Counted from the first letter of the stretch, positions 38,965 through 52,243 are shown. The stretch: DNA of 64,000 bases from Octopus vulgaris (GCA_951406725.2 OX597814.1:136586001-136650000), one strand, 5' to 3'. Notes: generated from the sequence alone by a model not told the origin. Made by a program: numbers and translations.

Positions 38965-40935
38965 GATCCGCTTCTTTTTTTTTTTTTGTTTCCCGGATAC
39001 ACCACCCACACACACACACACCTACCTCCCTCCCACACGCCTGTTCACACACACACATACGTAGACCCATCTACGTACATACATTCACACATTTAATCAC
39101 ACACACTTATAGACATACATGCACACACTAACATACAAACCAACATGCACATACACACACACATACATACATACACACACACATACATACTTACACACAC
39201 ACACACACAGACATACATACACACATACATACACACATACATACGCACATACATACACACACACTCACACACACACACCGCACGTACATACTTCACACAC
39301 ACACACATGCACACATACATGTAGGCACACACATACATACATACCTACACATGCACACCCTTACACTGAATGCACACACACATACACCTTTTTGCATCCA
39401 GGCAGCCCCCCTCTTTTCTGCTTTCCGGTTTTGGCTGATGGATCCTCGGTTACCGCGTAGCGGGGCGGTCGAGGGCCTTTGCGCTCGCGCGCCTTGGCGC
39501 GCGCTGGGGGCTCGGTCGGCCCCATTGGGCTTGCGTTGTATTGCTTGTGCGTTGTGTGCGTGAGCGCGCTTCGTGTGTGTGGGCTTGCTTCGGATGTGCG
39601 CGTGCGTATGTATGCATACATATCCACACACTCGTATGCATCCCTACCCACATACATACACGCACACCTACTCACACACACACATACACACACACACACA
39701 CATACCCGCACACACACACACATACATACATACACACACATACCTACTTCAGACATACACACACACAGACATACACCCATACACTCACACTCACACGCAT
39801 ACACACACACACATACACACGCACACGTACACACACACACACACACACACCTACATACATACATTACACTTGTACACACACACACTTACATTCATACACA
39901 CACACACCTACACAGCCATACCCTCACTCAGACACACACACCTACCTACACACACACACACTTACACACAGACACACACCCATACATACATACATCTACA
40001 CACACACACACACGCCTACACACATACATACACACATACATAAACACACACACATACACATACACACACACACATATACTTATACACATGCACACACACA
40101 TACATACATACACCCATACACATACACACACACATACCTACATACTCCTATACGCACATACATACACACAGACATACACACATACACACTCACACAAACA
40201 TACACACACACATACTTACACACACACTCGCCTGCACGCGCACACACATGCATGACAAACACCCATACACTCACACTCACATACGCACACACCAACATAA
40301 ACACGCACACGCACACACACACCTACACTCCCACACACATACATACGCACCTACATACACACACGCACGCATACACACGCACACACACGCATACACACAT
40401 ACATTACACACGTACACACACACCTACATACACATGCATACACACACACACACAAACATGCACGGACACACCCAGACATACATACATACACCTATATACA
40501 CACGCCCACACACCTACACTCCCACACACATACATACACACACACACGGACACACCCATACATACTTACATACATACACCTATACACACACGCCTACACA
40601 CCTACATACACACACATGCATACACACACACACATGTACGCACATACATACACATATACGCACATACATATATACCCACACACATGCACACACACACACA
40701 TACGCACATGCATGCATGCATGCACACGCGCACACCTACACGCATACACACACACACACGCACGTACACATACATACATACACACACACACACATACATA
40801 CACCCATACACATACATGCATCCTACACACACATACATACACACTCACACATACATACACACACACCCACTCACTCACACACCTGTATGTACGCGCACAC
40901 ACATGCACATACACACACTTCCCCACACCCACACG

Positions 40936-40979
<44 letters not shown>

Positions 40980-41849
40980 CATACATCTATGCACACACAT
41001 ATATACACACATACTCTCATACATTCATCGGACACACTGACACCCAGACATACACACAGACACACTCACACATCCACACACATACATACTTACGCGCATA
41101 CTCGCAGGCGCGCGCACACACGCGCTTGCGCCGGTTCGCGCACGCATACGCGCTGCATGCACCTCGCTCTTGGACCCGACGAGACCTCCCGCTCGTTCCT
41201 GGGACCGTCGCTTGTCGTTGGGTTTTCCCACGCCCGTCTCCGCGGGACCACTCTTCCATCTTCCCCTCAGCTGGAGTCCTTTTTCCTTAACCCCCCCTTT
41301 TTTGTTACACACACGCGCACACATATACACACCCACTCACACACATTGCTTAAATATATACATTACTCTTACACACATTCAACCTACTCGCCATTAATAC
41401 TACCACGACACTGGACACACACACACACTACTACTCAACACACGCTGGCACGCTACATACGCCCCCACCCCTTCCCCTCCCTCCCTTCCTCCTTCCTTCA
41501 TTTTCTTACTACTGACCACTGTCTGCTATGCCTACTACTGTCTCGCCCTACCACACACGCCTACACACAGACGCACACACTAACACATACATATATTTTT
41601 TGTTTTTTTATCTCGCCTCACACACACATACACACACGCACACGCACACACTCACACACTCACACATACACACACATCTGTTGCGTTACCAACCCTGTCT
41701 CCACTCTTTTGGCTTTAAAAACCTACTTTGCTCTTGTTATCGTAAACTTCCGCCTTTCACCATGTGTAACTCGTAAACACCAGTCGTTTTTTTCTCCATC
41801 TCCTGTTGCCCGCTTTGGGATTTTTCTTTCCTCTCTCTTCCTTCTTTAT

Positions 41850-41884
41850 GTTTCCGACGAAGAGCTCCGCTCGAAACGTCATAC
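41850..41884 (+). ncRNA. Minimal hammerhead-like motif (U4C core variant)
   Basis: gttt-CCGACGA-A-GAGC-tcc-GCTC-GAAA-CGT-C-atac; palindromic ACGT stem III. Confidence 0.65.
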
Positions 41885-41973
41885 CTTCCTGCTTCCATAT
41901 TTCCTGAGCGCCTATTAATAATAATACTGTAATTGTTCCATTGTTGTTGTTTTTTTGTTTTCCCGTTTGGATT

Positions 41974-42248
<275 letters not shown>

Positions 42249-42532
42249 ATATTTATTTCTAATTACTGTACTTTAAGGATTTGGGAAAGTGCTACGCTAG
42301 TAGTGCAATGTATAACGAGGAGCAGATACGTAAAAATGTAAAACACAAACGAAGTGTGACTGGCTGATTGTTTTATTTTCAATGCAAAAATGAAATAAAA
42401 TAATGTAACACGAGGTTTCCTTATAATGAGGTAAACATTTACGCGCGAGTAGGTTTTATTGATATTTACGTCATTCTGGCGGTAAACCACTGCGCGCACG
42501 CTTGTGTGTGTGTGTGTGTGTGTGTGGATATA

Positions 42533-43270
42533 CAGAGTGCGAGGAATAAATTGTCGTCTAAATTTAGCAAAAATGAAAGTAGCATTGACATCTCATTTTA
42601 ACAGATATATTTATCAAAATTACATAAAATATCTTAAAATACTGAAGAGTAAATTTATTCAATAAAATTGTCATTGGCTTCAACCACGGCCTCCAGACGA
42701 CTTAGGAGTCTCCTGCAACTCTTCTTGTTAGTGAATACTGCCATTATTCTTGCCTTCAGTTCATCTTTGTTGTTACAAGGGTTTTGCGTCCCGCACATAA
42801 TAATCAAGGGGGCAGCAGTCTGGGGAGTTAGGTGGGCAGGTGTTAGAGGTGGTGTGGACGTAGAATTTGTCTGATAGCCATGATTGGGGTTTCCTGCCTG
42901 TGTGGGACGGTGCCGAGTCCTGTTGCCAGACATAGGGTGTACCAGCAGCCACCCTTTTGACCTAGGGCAGTACTACCTCCTCCAGGCACTTGATGTAGGC
43001 CTCCGTATTGAGCGTGAGACCGTACGGGAAGATGAACGGAGGCATAACGTCGCCATCACTAGTGATCACTCCAAACACCTTCGTAATCACTATTAGACTC
43101 ATCCAACTCTTTCCGAATCCTCTGTACTGTCCTCAGATTGACACCAAAACATTCTGAAAATGTTCGTATTGGAGCTTGCGACGCGAATACCAAGCAGTAT
43201 AGCATGTCGTTTCCAAATTTCTGGCTGAGCGAATTGCATCATAGTGCTGTTTTGGCCATAATAACTAGAA
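42533..43270 (-). mobile_element. Decayed Tc1/mariner (maT/DD37D-like) transposon
   Basis: Minus strand QQDSAPSH and PPNSPDCCPLDY; TA|cagagtg terminus at ~42533. Confidence 0.75.
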
Positions 43271-44023
43271 AAAACGTAGAGAGCCCCCGCCCAATGTTTT
43301 GTCTATGTTGAATATACCAAGGTAAGTATATTTAAGAGAAGTAAGATAATAGCCCATTATCGTTACGATGGTAACGAGGATTATTAAAAAATGACCAATA
43401 ATACCTCGAAAAACGATACAGGCATCACACTAAAGTTATTGATTGAGCGTGTGTGATTACGATGGTATGTTACTAAACTCTATGGTCCGAGTTTGGATGA
43501 GCGAGCGTCGAGGTACAATTTTTTTCAGCCGGATTTTCGACCTTATTGTAAGTTTCACCGATTCTTCTTCCCAACTAACTTTGGGTATTTCTCGGCTCTG
43601 ATTGCTTTAGTCATGCTAAGGTTCTTGTTCATAGCTCTGGACGACGTGGAAAGGGATACATTACGTTTCTTTGTAAAAGATGTCACGGGTGTGGGTGGGT
43701 TGGCTTCAATCGAGCGTTTGAAACCAGCGAGAAAACTTTGGGTTGCGTTTGGAATTACTTCGGGTCTTGTGTCCTTTTATGTCAATCTTTCCCTCTTCTT
43801 TAAATACGATAAATTGTTGCATTTGGGATTTTCTTAAACTTGTTAAAACAGCATTGGCGAAAGCAATCTGTTGTTCCAAGACTTTCTGCTGTCGAATCAG
43901 TTCGCTATTTACCTGAAAAATAAAGAGGAGGGTTAGATTTTCAAGCAAGGTCTTGTCAAAAAATGAAATGTTAAACCCACTAAGCCAACTGCTTAAATTT
44001 AGTCTTAATCTATCTGCAATACC

Positions 44024-44153
<130 letters not shown>

Positions 44154-44313
44154 GTGTGCGAACAGATGTGGTTTTGTATCCCACAGGCAGCTTTCGACCT
44201 TAATATTTATATGCTATCATTTATAGCTTTACACACACACATATGTACATATATATCATATATGATATATATGTGTATGTGTGTATGCACACACACACAC
44301 ACAAGCGCGCACG

Positions 44314-44388
<75 letters not shown>

Positions 44389-44915
44389 CTGTCTATACAC
44401 ACACATACGCACATACATGCAAAAAGACGCACACTCATATTCTACAGCGGGACTGACCATGTGAATAAATGTCTTTTGTGGGGTATTTTGCATTATTTTA
44501 TCTCTTCCCCTTACCTCTCTCTTTTTATTTCTCTATTCTTTTTCTATTTTCTTTTCAAAACGCTGGTTTAGGCTTACATCTGTCGTATAAGTCGACACCG
44601 TTGGCTCATATATTTGATAATCATCTCTCAACAATCATTCCTACCGATGGTATTGTACATTGTTGTAGTATTATCCACATACGCCTCAATAAGGTAACGT
44701 CTGATAGCATCTTGACACGAAAGCTGATTATGTTATGCAAAGTCTTCCACCGAAATGTGATATAATCGACATTTTCAGTCCCATCTTCTGTGGATTAACG
44801 ACATCTCAACCTGTCTTTTCTTCGTATATATGTACTTGACATTCTATCTCTCTCTCTCTCTTTCTCTCGCTCTTTCACACTCTCTCTTTTTTTCTGATAC
44901 ACACACACACACACA

Positions 44916-44999
<84 letters not shown>

Positions 45000-45001
<2 letters not shown>

Positions 45002-46534
45002 CGAAGTGGAAATAATTGTTTGTCAATTTCAGTAGGGAAGAATGGAAAAACCTACGTGACCTACAACTGGACAAAAACCTTACCATCAAAGAAGCCGACA
45101 AAGGGAGCGCTGTCGACAACACACACTACCGTCAAAAATGTGGTATTGCGACACCACAATCATACAACACCTCAGTCTACTATCAACAGACCCAAAAATG
45201 AAAAACATTATAAATACACACAAAATCCCCAAATGTAAAAAGCAACACAAATCTTTAAAAAAAACTCTTGACAAATGCCAAATTTCACACACCACATCCA
45301 CCCCCAGCAGTTAAAAAATGTGCACGCCCAAACTGTGGCACCTGCCCCTTCCTACTTGAAGGCTCTGAATTTATCTTCAAACAAGGAACGAAGTTTAAAA
45401 CAAAACCAACTTCTCCTGTTCCTCCGAGAACCTTATCTACGTTCTCACATGCGCTGGTTGCCAACATAATTATGTTGGACAAACGAGCCTCCCGTTACGT
45501 AAAAGAGTAGCGGTGCATAAAGAACAAATAAAACTCCCGGAATACTGGCAAATCCCACTGAGTGACAACATAGACTCATGCGCTAAAGACAAAAATCCCA
45601 AATTCTACATATTCCCCTTCTACCAATGTAAAGACGGAATCACCACACAGGAGAGAATTAACAAGGAGAATATCTTTATTCAAAACGCATCTTAATATGC
45701 AAACTCCTCGTTGATCATACTTCTTTTTTCTACCTCATTCTTCATGGATGGACTAACACAAATATATAAGGATACCATGCAGTCATCACCTCAAGCTAAA
45801 ACTTATATTCTTTAAATATCATTATTATTATTGTTGTCATTATTATTATTATTTTTATTATATATGACATAACAATCTGAAATGTAATTATAAATTGGTT
45901 TATACAAATTTATATAATTAGAAAACAATATAAATAAAGTGTTAAAATCTGAATGTTAAGTTAGCAAACAATTATATAAAAAAGATAATGCAAATGAAGC
46001 TAAAATGATAATTTTATAATTTAAGGTTTATTAACACCCTTTATTACAAAAAATTGATAAACACAAATTGAAGAGCTTAAAACCCATAGAGTTGTCTCCC
46101 CTTATTCACAACACAGGAACTGGACTACTACTACTTCCTGTTTTGCCATGCACTTAAGAGACACCCTTAATTAAATTAAACAACACATGGATTTAATTCC
46201 ATTGGATCTCAATACTTCAAGGTAATTTTTCCGTGAACAATCATTAAACTCAAGATGCACAAAGACTTTACAATGTATCGGAGTACCTATTTTTAAGTTT
46301 TGTATATATTTATTTTTATTTTTTTGCAAAAAACAATGTAATTTTCTTTTTTCCCCCTCCTCACATTTAAAAAAATTCTTTTCTTTACAATTCTTGAAAA
46401 GTCACATTATGACGAAAACCGGTTTGAATTAATATATATATATTTTATCAATTTTTCAAAAACTTTTCCATACACCCATTTTCATTAAAATTTTCTTTCA
46501 ATTTAGCATTCTGCCTTTTTACAATTTTTCCTTG

Positions 46535-46535
<1 letters not shown>
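45000..46535 (+). mobile_element. Internally deleted Penelope-like element (RT N-terminus fused to GIY-YIG) with pLTR
   Basis: LTIKEADKGSAV; CARPNCGTC...ENLIYVLTCAGCQHNYVGQT...HKEQI; decayed hammerhead aattc-TTGAAAA-gtca-catta-tgac-GAAA-accggt-tt-gaatt at 46389-46430; (TA)n on both sides. Confidence 0.85.
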
Positions 46536-46581
<46 letters not shown>

Positions 46582-46976
46582 TAATATTCGTAGCCACTCC
46601 AACAGACACTATTGCGATTTTTTAACCCCAAGAGCTCTAGCCAGTTAACGATGCACAGTTGCATCCGATAAAATTGCGAGCAGGGGACCGAACCCCTACA
46701 ATCTCCTAGTGACAGACCCAGTAGACCTGTCCTGGTTTCGGGCTATTTCTGCCACTCCTCAGTACAGGTAGACTGAGGAGTACTGAAACAGCCTAAAATC
46801 AGGACTGGTCTGTTGGTCCCATCGCTAGGAGATGGTAGAGGTTCTCTCCCCTGCTCACAATTTTATCTGATGCAGCTGTGCATCATTAACCAGTTAGATG
46901 AGATGTCCTCTTGGGGTTAAAAAACTGTAGTAGAGTCCACTCAAATGGACAGCCATGATAAAGTGGCTACTAATAT

Positions 46977-46978
<2 letters not shown>
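46582..46978. mobile_element. ~400-bp imperfect foldback element between (TA)n tracts
   Basis: Arms pair throughout (taatattcgtagccact/agtggctactaatatta; ttaaccccaagag/ctcttggggttaa; actcctcagt/actgaggagt around an 8-nt loop). Confidence 0.85.
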
Positions 46979-47023
<45 letters not shown>

Positions 47024-47025
<2 letters not shown>

Positions 47026-47358
47026 ACCCCCTTCGGTCATGAATGACCATGGGATTGCACCTAGAAAGTTACCCTCCTAGACACAAGTCCGGGCAAAGTT
47101 GTTTATGGAAGACCAGCAGTCGCCCATGCATACCAGCCTCCCCTCTCCACGCCACCAGTGTTATCCAAGGGAAAGACAAAGGTCGATACAGCTTGAAACC
47201 AGTGACGTCGCAACTCATTTCTACAGCTGAGTGAACTGGAGCAACGTGAAATAAAGTGCTTTGCTCAAGAACACAACACGCAGCCCGGTCCGGGATTCGA
47301 GCTCACAACCTCACGATCGTAAGCTCGACGCTCTAACCACTGAGCCATGCGCCTTCAC
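47024..47358 (-). mobile_element. SINE family C (tRNA head, CORE-like body)
   Basis: Inverted homologue of 51916-52247; head ggcgcatggctcagtggttagagcg...tcgaatccc. Confidence 0.9.
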
Positions 47359-47403
47359 ATATATATATATATATATAAGCAAAAATAAATCTCTGCACGA
47401 CAA

Positions 47404-47553
47404 TATGAGGTATACTAGCCATCTCAATATGGCTAACCACTAAGGGTGGGTGTTACTGTAGCTTGTAGCCCCTGGATGTTCTCCTGAGGCTACAAGCTAC
47501 AGTAACACCCACCCTTAGTCGTTAGCCATATTGAGATGGCTAGTATACCTCAT

Positions 47554-47554
<1 letters not shown>
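47404..47554. repeat. Near-perfect hairpin, 67-bp arms (MITE-like)
   Basis: 47404-47470 vs 47488-47554, one mismatch. Confidence 0.92.
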
Positions 47555-47586
<32 letters not shown>

Positions 47587-47613
47587 CATATATACATACA
47601 TACATACATATAT

Positions 47614-47689
<76 letters not shown>

Positions 47690-47695
47690 ATATAT

Positions 47696-48008
47696 AACGA
47701 TAAACGTCGCCCTTTTCAAGCCTAGCCAGGCTCATGGGCCCGGTTCCCCGGTTTCTGTGATGTATGTGTACCCCCCAGCTGGGCCGGACGCCAGTTTATC
47801 GCAGCGTTACTCAAGAAACAGGAAGAGAGAATGAGAGAAAGTTGTGGCGAAAGAGTACAACAGTCCCCCCACTCCTACCGGAGCCCCTCGTGGAGTTTTT
47901 TTTAGGTGTTTTCGCTCAATAAACACACAAAACTATCTGGGAATCGAAACCGCGATCCTTCGACCGTGAGTCCCTTTGTCCTAATCACTGGGCCATTGCG
48001 CCTCCACC
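47696..48008 (-). mobile_element. tRNA-derived SINE family E
   Basis: Head ggaggcgcaatggcccagtgattagg...ggtttcgattccc; body contains ctggcgtccggcccag, reminiscent of the V-SINE domain. Confidence 0.7.
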
Positions 48009-48020
48009 ATACATATATAC

Positions 48021-48070
<50 letters not shown>

Positions 48071-48184
48071 GTGTGTGTGTGTGTGTGTGTGAGTGTGTGT
48101 AAAAGCAAGAGCACTGACACGCAGACGCAAACATTCATATATGACAAATGACAGATAGACTACACACACACACATAGAGATAGT

Positions 48185-48323
<139 letters not shown>

Positions 48324-48332
48324 TGATAGATA

Positions 48333-50619
48333 TGTTTCTTTATTAGCCACACAGGGCTGCACACAGATAGAACAAATTACAAGGTAGAGCTTTTCTTTTG
48401 AAGGTTTAAGAAAAAGAAAAAAAAAAAAAAGGAAGGGGGAGTTTCGATCAAAAGGGATCGTAAAAGGAGAGAAAGAGGACAAAAGAAAGGGGGGTTTAAA
48501 AAAAGGGGGGAGGAAAAAAATTGATCAATAGGGATCGTTATCACAGAAATGTCAATATGAAGTGTAAAGGGGAGGACAGGTGAGGTTTACCCGTGCAAAG
48601 AAAAGCCTACGGAAAAGACCACGGTAACCTCGGTCAATGATGTCACATTTTATATTTCTTTTTTTTTTTTTTTGCAAATAAGCAACTCTCTGTTTTCGAT
48701 TTCTGGGTTCATAGGACTATGCTCAAGGTGGCTTCGTCATTCATACGTGCCATTCTTGCTACATTCACCCATCTTTTTTTAAAACATTCGCTAGACAAAA
48801 CTTGCCTCTCTACTCTCACTTTCCTTTTCAAGTGGTACTTGAAGAAGTTGATGAGAGATTGACCAGAGAGGAAAGTGTTTGTCTCCAATCCTTTCAGACG
48901 CGTCCACCAGATACATTCCTTCGCCATAGCCACAAGGATGATGAAAATAGCTCTTCCTTCCCGTTTGAAGGAAGGAGGCGTGACAATATTGACGATAGAC
49001 TCAGCTGATAAACCGACTCGTCCCACACGTGACAGCAGTTGTTCGACATAAGCCCACAGGTCGGAAATTGTTGGACACTGAACGAGTGCGTGCAGAACGG
49101 TTTCGTCGCTCTGACCGCATCTCGGGCAGGTCGGCCCCGTGTTTCTCGAGCCGTGTCTGTAGAGCTTATCCCGAACGGGTAGCGCTTCTCGGTAGCACTG
49201 CCAGGCCAGGGATCTCTGGAAGTTGTCCATGGGCCCTGGCCCGAAAGTCGTCCTGAACAGGCGGGTCAGGTACTCCTCGTCGACGTCCAGGTTCGCCCCG
49301 AGCTCGTCGTCGTACCTCCCCTCCACTAAACCCCTATAGAATGCTTTGGTTGTGTTGAAGTCACTTAAGGTCGACCCAGGACGGCAGAGTTGCTTGAGAG
49401 CAACGCGACACTCGCGGTGCCATTCGCCCTTCCTCGGCCTCTTTTTGATCCACGACTGCAGTTCGGTCATGGAGACGAGCTGCGGGAAAGCGTGCCTCAC
49501 AAACGGCGACCACACCTGTTCACCGTCGTCTACATAGAGCCAGAGATGCCGCAGTCTCAGCGCGTGTCTGCGCATCATCAACCACGGCATGCCCAGCCCT
49601 CCTTTTAACGGGTGTTGACAGCAAATGGATCGCCTGACCATCGGGACGCATCCTTTCCACAAGAAGCGAAAGAGGATGCGTTGTAGTTTGGTGATGGTAG
49701 GGTCGGGACAAGGTACGACGGTCAGGCGGTAGTAGATGACGGACGCGATGTACGTGTTCGCCACCTCCGCTCGACCTTTTAGGGACAGTTTCCTCTCGGC
49801 CCATTGCCGGGCGAGAGTGACCACCCTACTCGTTATCTCGTTCCAGTTCTTCTCCACTTGGAGGTCCGGACCAAACCAGACCCCGAGCAACTCAACCGGG
49901 CCGTCGGTCCAGCGTCCCACGACGGAGGCGCTGGTGGACGGCATGGGCTTGCTTCTCCAGGTGCCTAGTCGCAAGCCCACTGACTTTTCCCGGTTGATTT
50001 TCGCTCCTGTCACCGCTTCGTAGTTTTTCAGTGTCTCGCCGACCAGCTCGATGTGCTCGTGGCTAGACACTATGACGGTGACGTCGTCCGCGTATGCAGA
50101 CACGCTCGTCCCGCATCCCAATTCTCGCGGGATGCCCCTTAGAGTCGCCAGCTTCCGCAGTAGTGGCTCAAGAGTCAATACGTATAGAAGCGCCGAGAGG
50201 GGACATCCCTGACGGACCGAACGTGCAATGTTGAAAGGTCTCGATAGATGTCCATTTACGCGAATTACCGAACGGATGCCTCTGTACAAAGCAGCTATCC
50301 ATCCGCGGAAAACGGGACCGAAACCAGCCGCTCTCAGGACTGCCCCCAAGTATCGATGGTCTACCCTATCAAAGGCTTTCGATTGATCCAAGTTGATCAG
50401 GGCCCCACCCATGCCAGGTTCGTTAACTACCCTGTCTATGATGTAGCGCATCAGATGGAGGTTGTCATGGATGGTCCGGCCTGGCACGGCGCATGTTTGC
50501 GTCTTGTCGACCAGTTTCTCGATGACAAGCGCCAACCTCTTGGCTAGCACCTTGGCCAAAATTTTCAAGTCTGCATTAAGCAGAGTGATGGGCCTAAAAT
50601 TATCTATTACATTTCCCTT
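48333..50619 (-). mobile_element. 5'-truncated Tx1/L1-clade LINE in a (GATA)n tract
   Basis: Intact ORF2 portion, 3' UTR ending aataaagaaaca, candidate 16-bp TSD gatagattgatagata (48317-48332, 50620-50635). Confidence 0.92.
48709..50619 (-). CDS. LINE ORF2 reverse transcriptase plus C-terminal zinc knuckle (5'-truncated)
   Basis: FRPITLLNADLKILAKVLAKRL, LDQSKAFDRVDH, SVRQGCPLS, YADD, GGLG, CPRC-x7-H-x4-C; 637 codons without an internal stop. The first ~55 aa of the listed ORF are microsatellite read-through. Confidence 0.95.
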   Translation of the reverse strand, partial: KGNVIDNFRPITLLNADLKILAKVLAKRLALVIEKLVDKTQTCAVPGRTIHDNLHLMRYIIDRVVNEPGMGGALINLDQSKAFDRVDHRYLGAVLRAAGFGPVFRGWIAALYRGIRSVIRVNGHLSRPFNIARSVRQGCPLSALLYVLTLEPLLRKLATLRGIPRELGCGTSVSAYADDVTVIVSSHEHIELVGETLKNYEAVTGAKINREKSVGLRLGTWRSKPMPSTSASVVGRWTDGPVELLGVWFGPDLQVEKNWNEITSRVVTLARQWAERKLSLKGRAEVANTYIASVIYYRLTVVPCPDPTITKLQRILFRFLWKGCVPMVRRSICCQHPLKGGLGMPWLMMRRHALRLRHLWLYVDDGEQVWSPFVRHAFPQLVSMTELQSWIKKRPRKGEWHRECRVALKQLCRPGSTLSDFNTTKAFYRGLVEGRYDDELGANLDVDEEYLTRLFRTTFGPGPMDNFQRSLAWQCYREALPVRDKLYRHGSRNTGPTCPRCGQSDETVLHALVQCPTISDLWAYVEQLLSRVGRVGLSAESIVNIVTPPSFKREGRAIFIILVAMAKECIWWTRLKGLETNTFLSGQSLINFFKYHLKRKVRVERQVLSSECFKKRWVNVARMARMNDEATLSIVL

Positions 50620-50690
50620 GATAGATTGATAGATAGATAGATTGATAGATAGATAGATAGATATACATACACTTATATACATATACGCAT

Positions 50691-50733
<43 letters not shown>

Positions 50734-51190
50734 CGCATATACATATATATACACATACATCCATACATAAATACAAACATTCATTCACTAAAGCACCCAC
50801 ACACACACACAGGTGAAGTTTATCAATATATTATACTGGTTGGCTGAGTATCAGTTTGATTATGTAGCTAGACAGACATGTAAATCAGACAGGTAGATAG
50901 GTGGTTGTGTGGACGAGTACATAGATGTCAGATAGACAGACGGGTTGGGTACGATGGGGACGTCTAGAACGAAGATGTTGGTGGTTGTGGTGGTGGTGGT
51001 AGAATGACCCTAAACCTTAAGATATACGATACGATAACGTTATAGATCTAAACATATATCCTTTATCATTCGAGGGATATTGTATCTAAAGTTGTTGATG
51101 ATATATAGTCGAAAGAGATAGATTGAGAGAGACAAAGAGGGAGAGACAGACAGAGAGAGACAAATAGATGTATGTATGTATGTATGTATG

Positions 51191-51221
<31 letters not shown>

Positions 51222-51759
51222 TGTCTGCGCTTTTGTAGTCCTATTATGCGCTCTACGAGTGTCATAGATCCTTGCATGAGATATCTTGAAATGGAGATCA
51301 GTTCAACTCAATTATCATTCTGGTGTACCTAGGACAATCATGAACATCGCACAGACTTTTTTGTGCCATTGAAATCGATACACGTCTATGTGTATGTGTG
51401 TGTGTGTGTGAGTAGGTGTATATGTGCAATTTAATATTACACGCTATGTGTATGGTCTATGTGTAAGTGGATATAACGTGTATGTTGCCGGTGTCTGTGT
51501 TGATGTGTCAATTGATATCACATGTCACATGAATGTATTCGTAATTGTATGTGTATGTGTGTGTGCGTATGTGTATGTATGCGTGTGTGTGTGCGTACAT
51601 AAGTTGATGTTATACGCGTTACTTAAGTATGTATGTATGTATGTATGTGCGTGCGTGTGTGTATGTGTAAATTTAAATTACTTTACATGAATATGTTTGT
51701 AAGTTGACGTTGCCTGTTGCATGTATATGTGTGTTTGCAAGTTTTTGCTTTACACGTTG

Positions 51760-51835
<76 letters not shown>

Positions 51836-51872
51836 GTATATATATATAGATAGATATATATACATACATACA

Positions 51873-51903
<31 letters not shown>

Positions 51904-51915
51904 CTCTGTGTGTGT

Positions 51916-52243
51916 GTGAAGGCGCATGACTCAGTGGTGAGAGCGTCGAGCTTACGATTGTGAGGTTGTGAACTCGAATCCCGCATCGGGCTACGTCTTG
52001 TGTTCTTGAGCAAGACACTTTATTTCACATTGCTCCAGTTCACTCAGTTGTAGAAATGAATTGCGACGTCACAGATGCCAAGCTGTATCGACCTTTGCCT
52101 TTCCCTTGGATAACACTGATGGCGTGGAGAGGGGAGGCAGGTATGCATGGGCGACTACTGGTCTTCCATAAACAACCTTGCCCAGACTTGCGCCTGGGAG
52201 GGTAACTTTCTACGTGCAATCCCATAGTCAGTGATGACCAAAG

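Noticed and set aside
39541-41918. 499-aa and 556-aa His/Thr-rich ORFs
   Set aside because: CA-rich sequence is stop-poor in all three plus frames; no domain signal.
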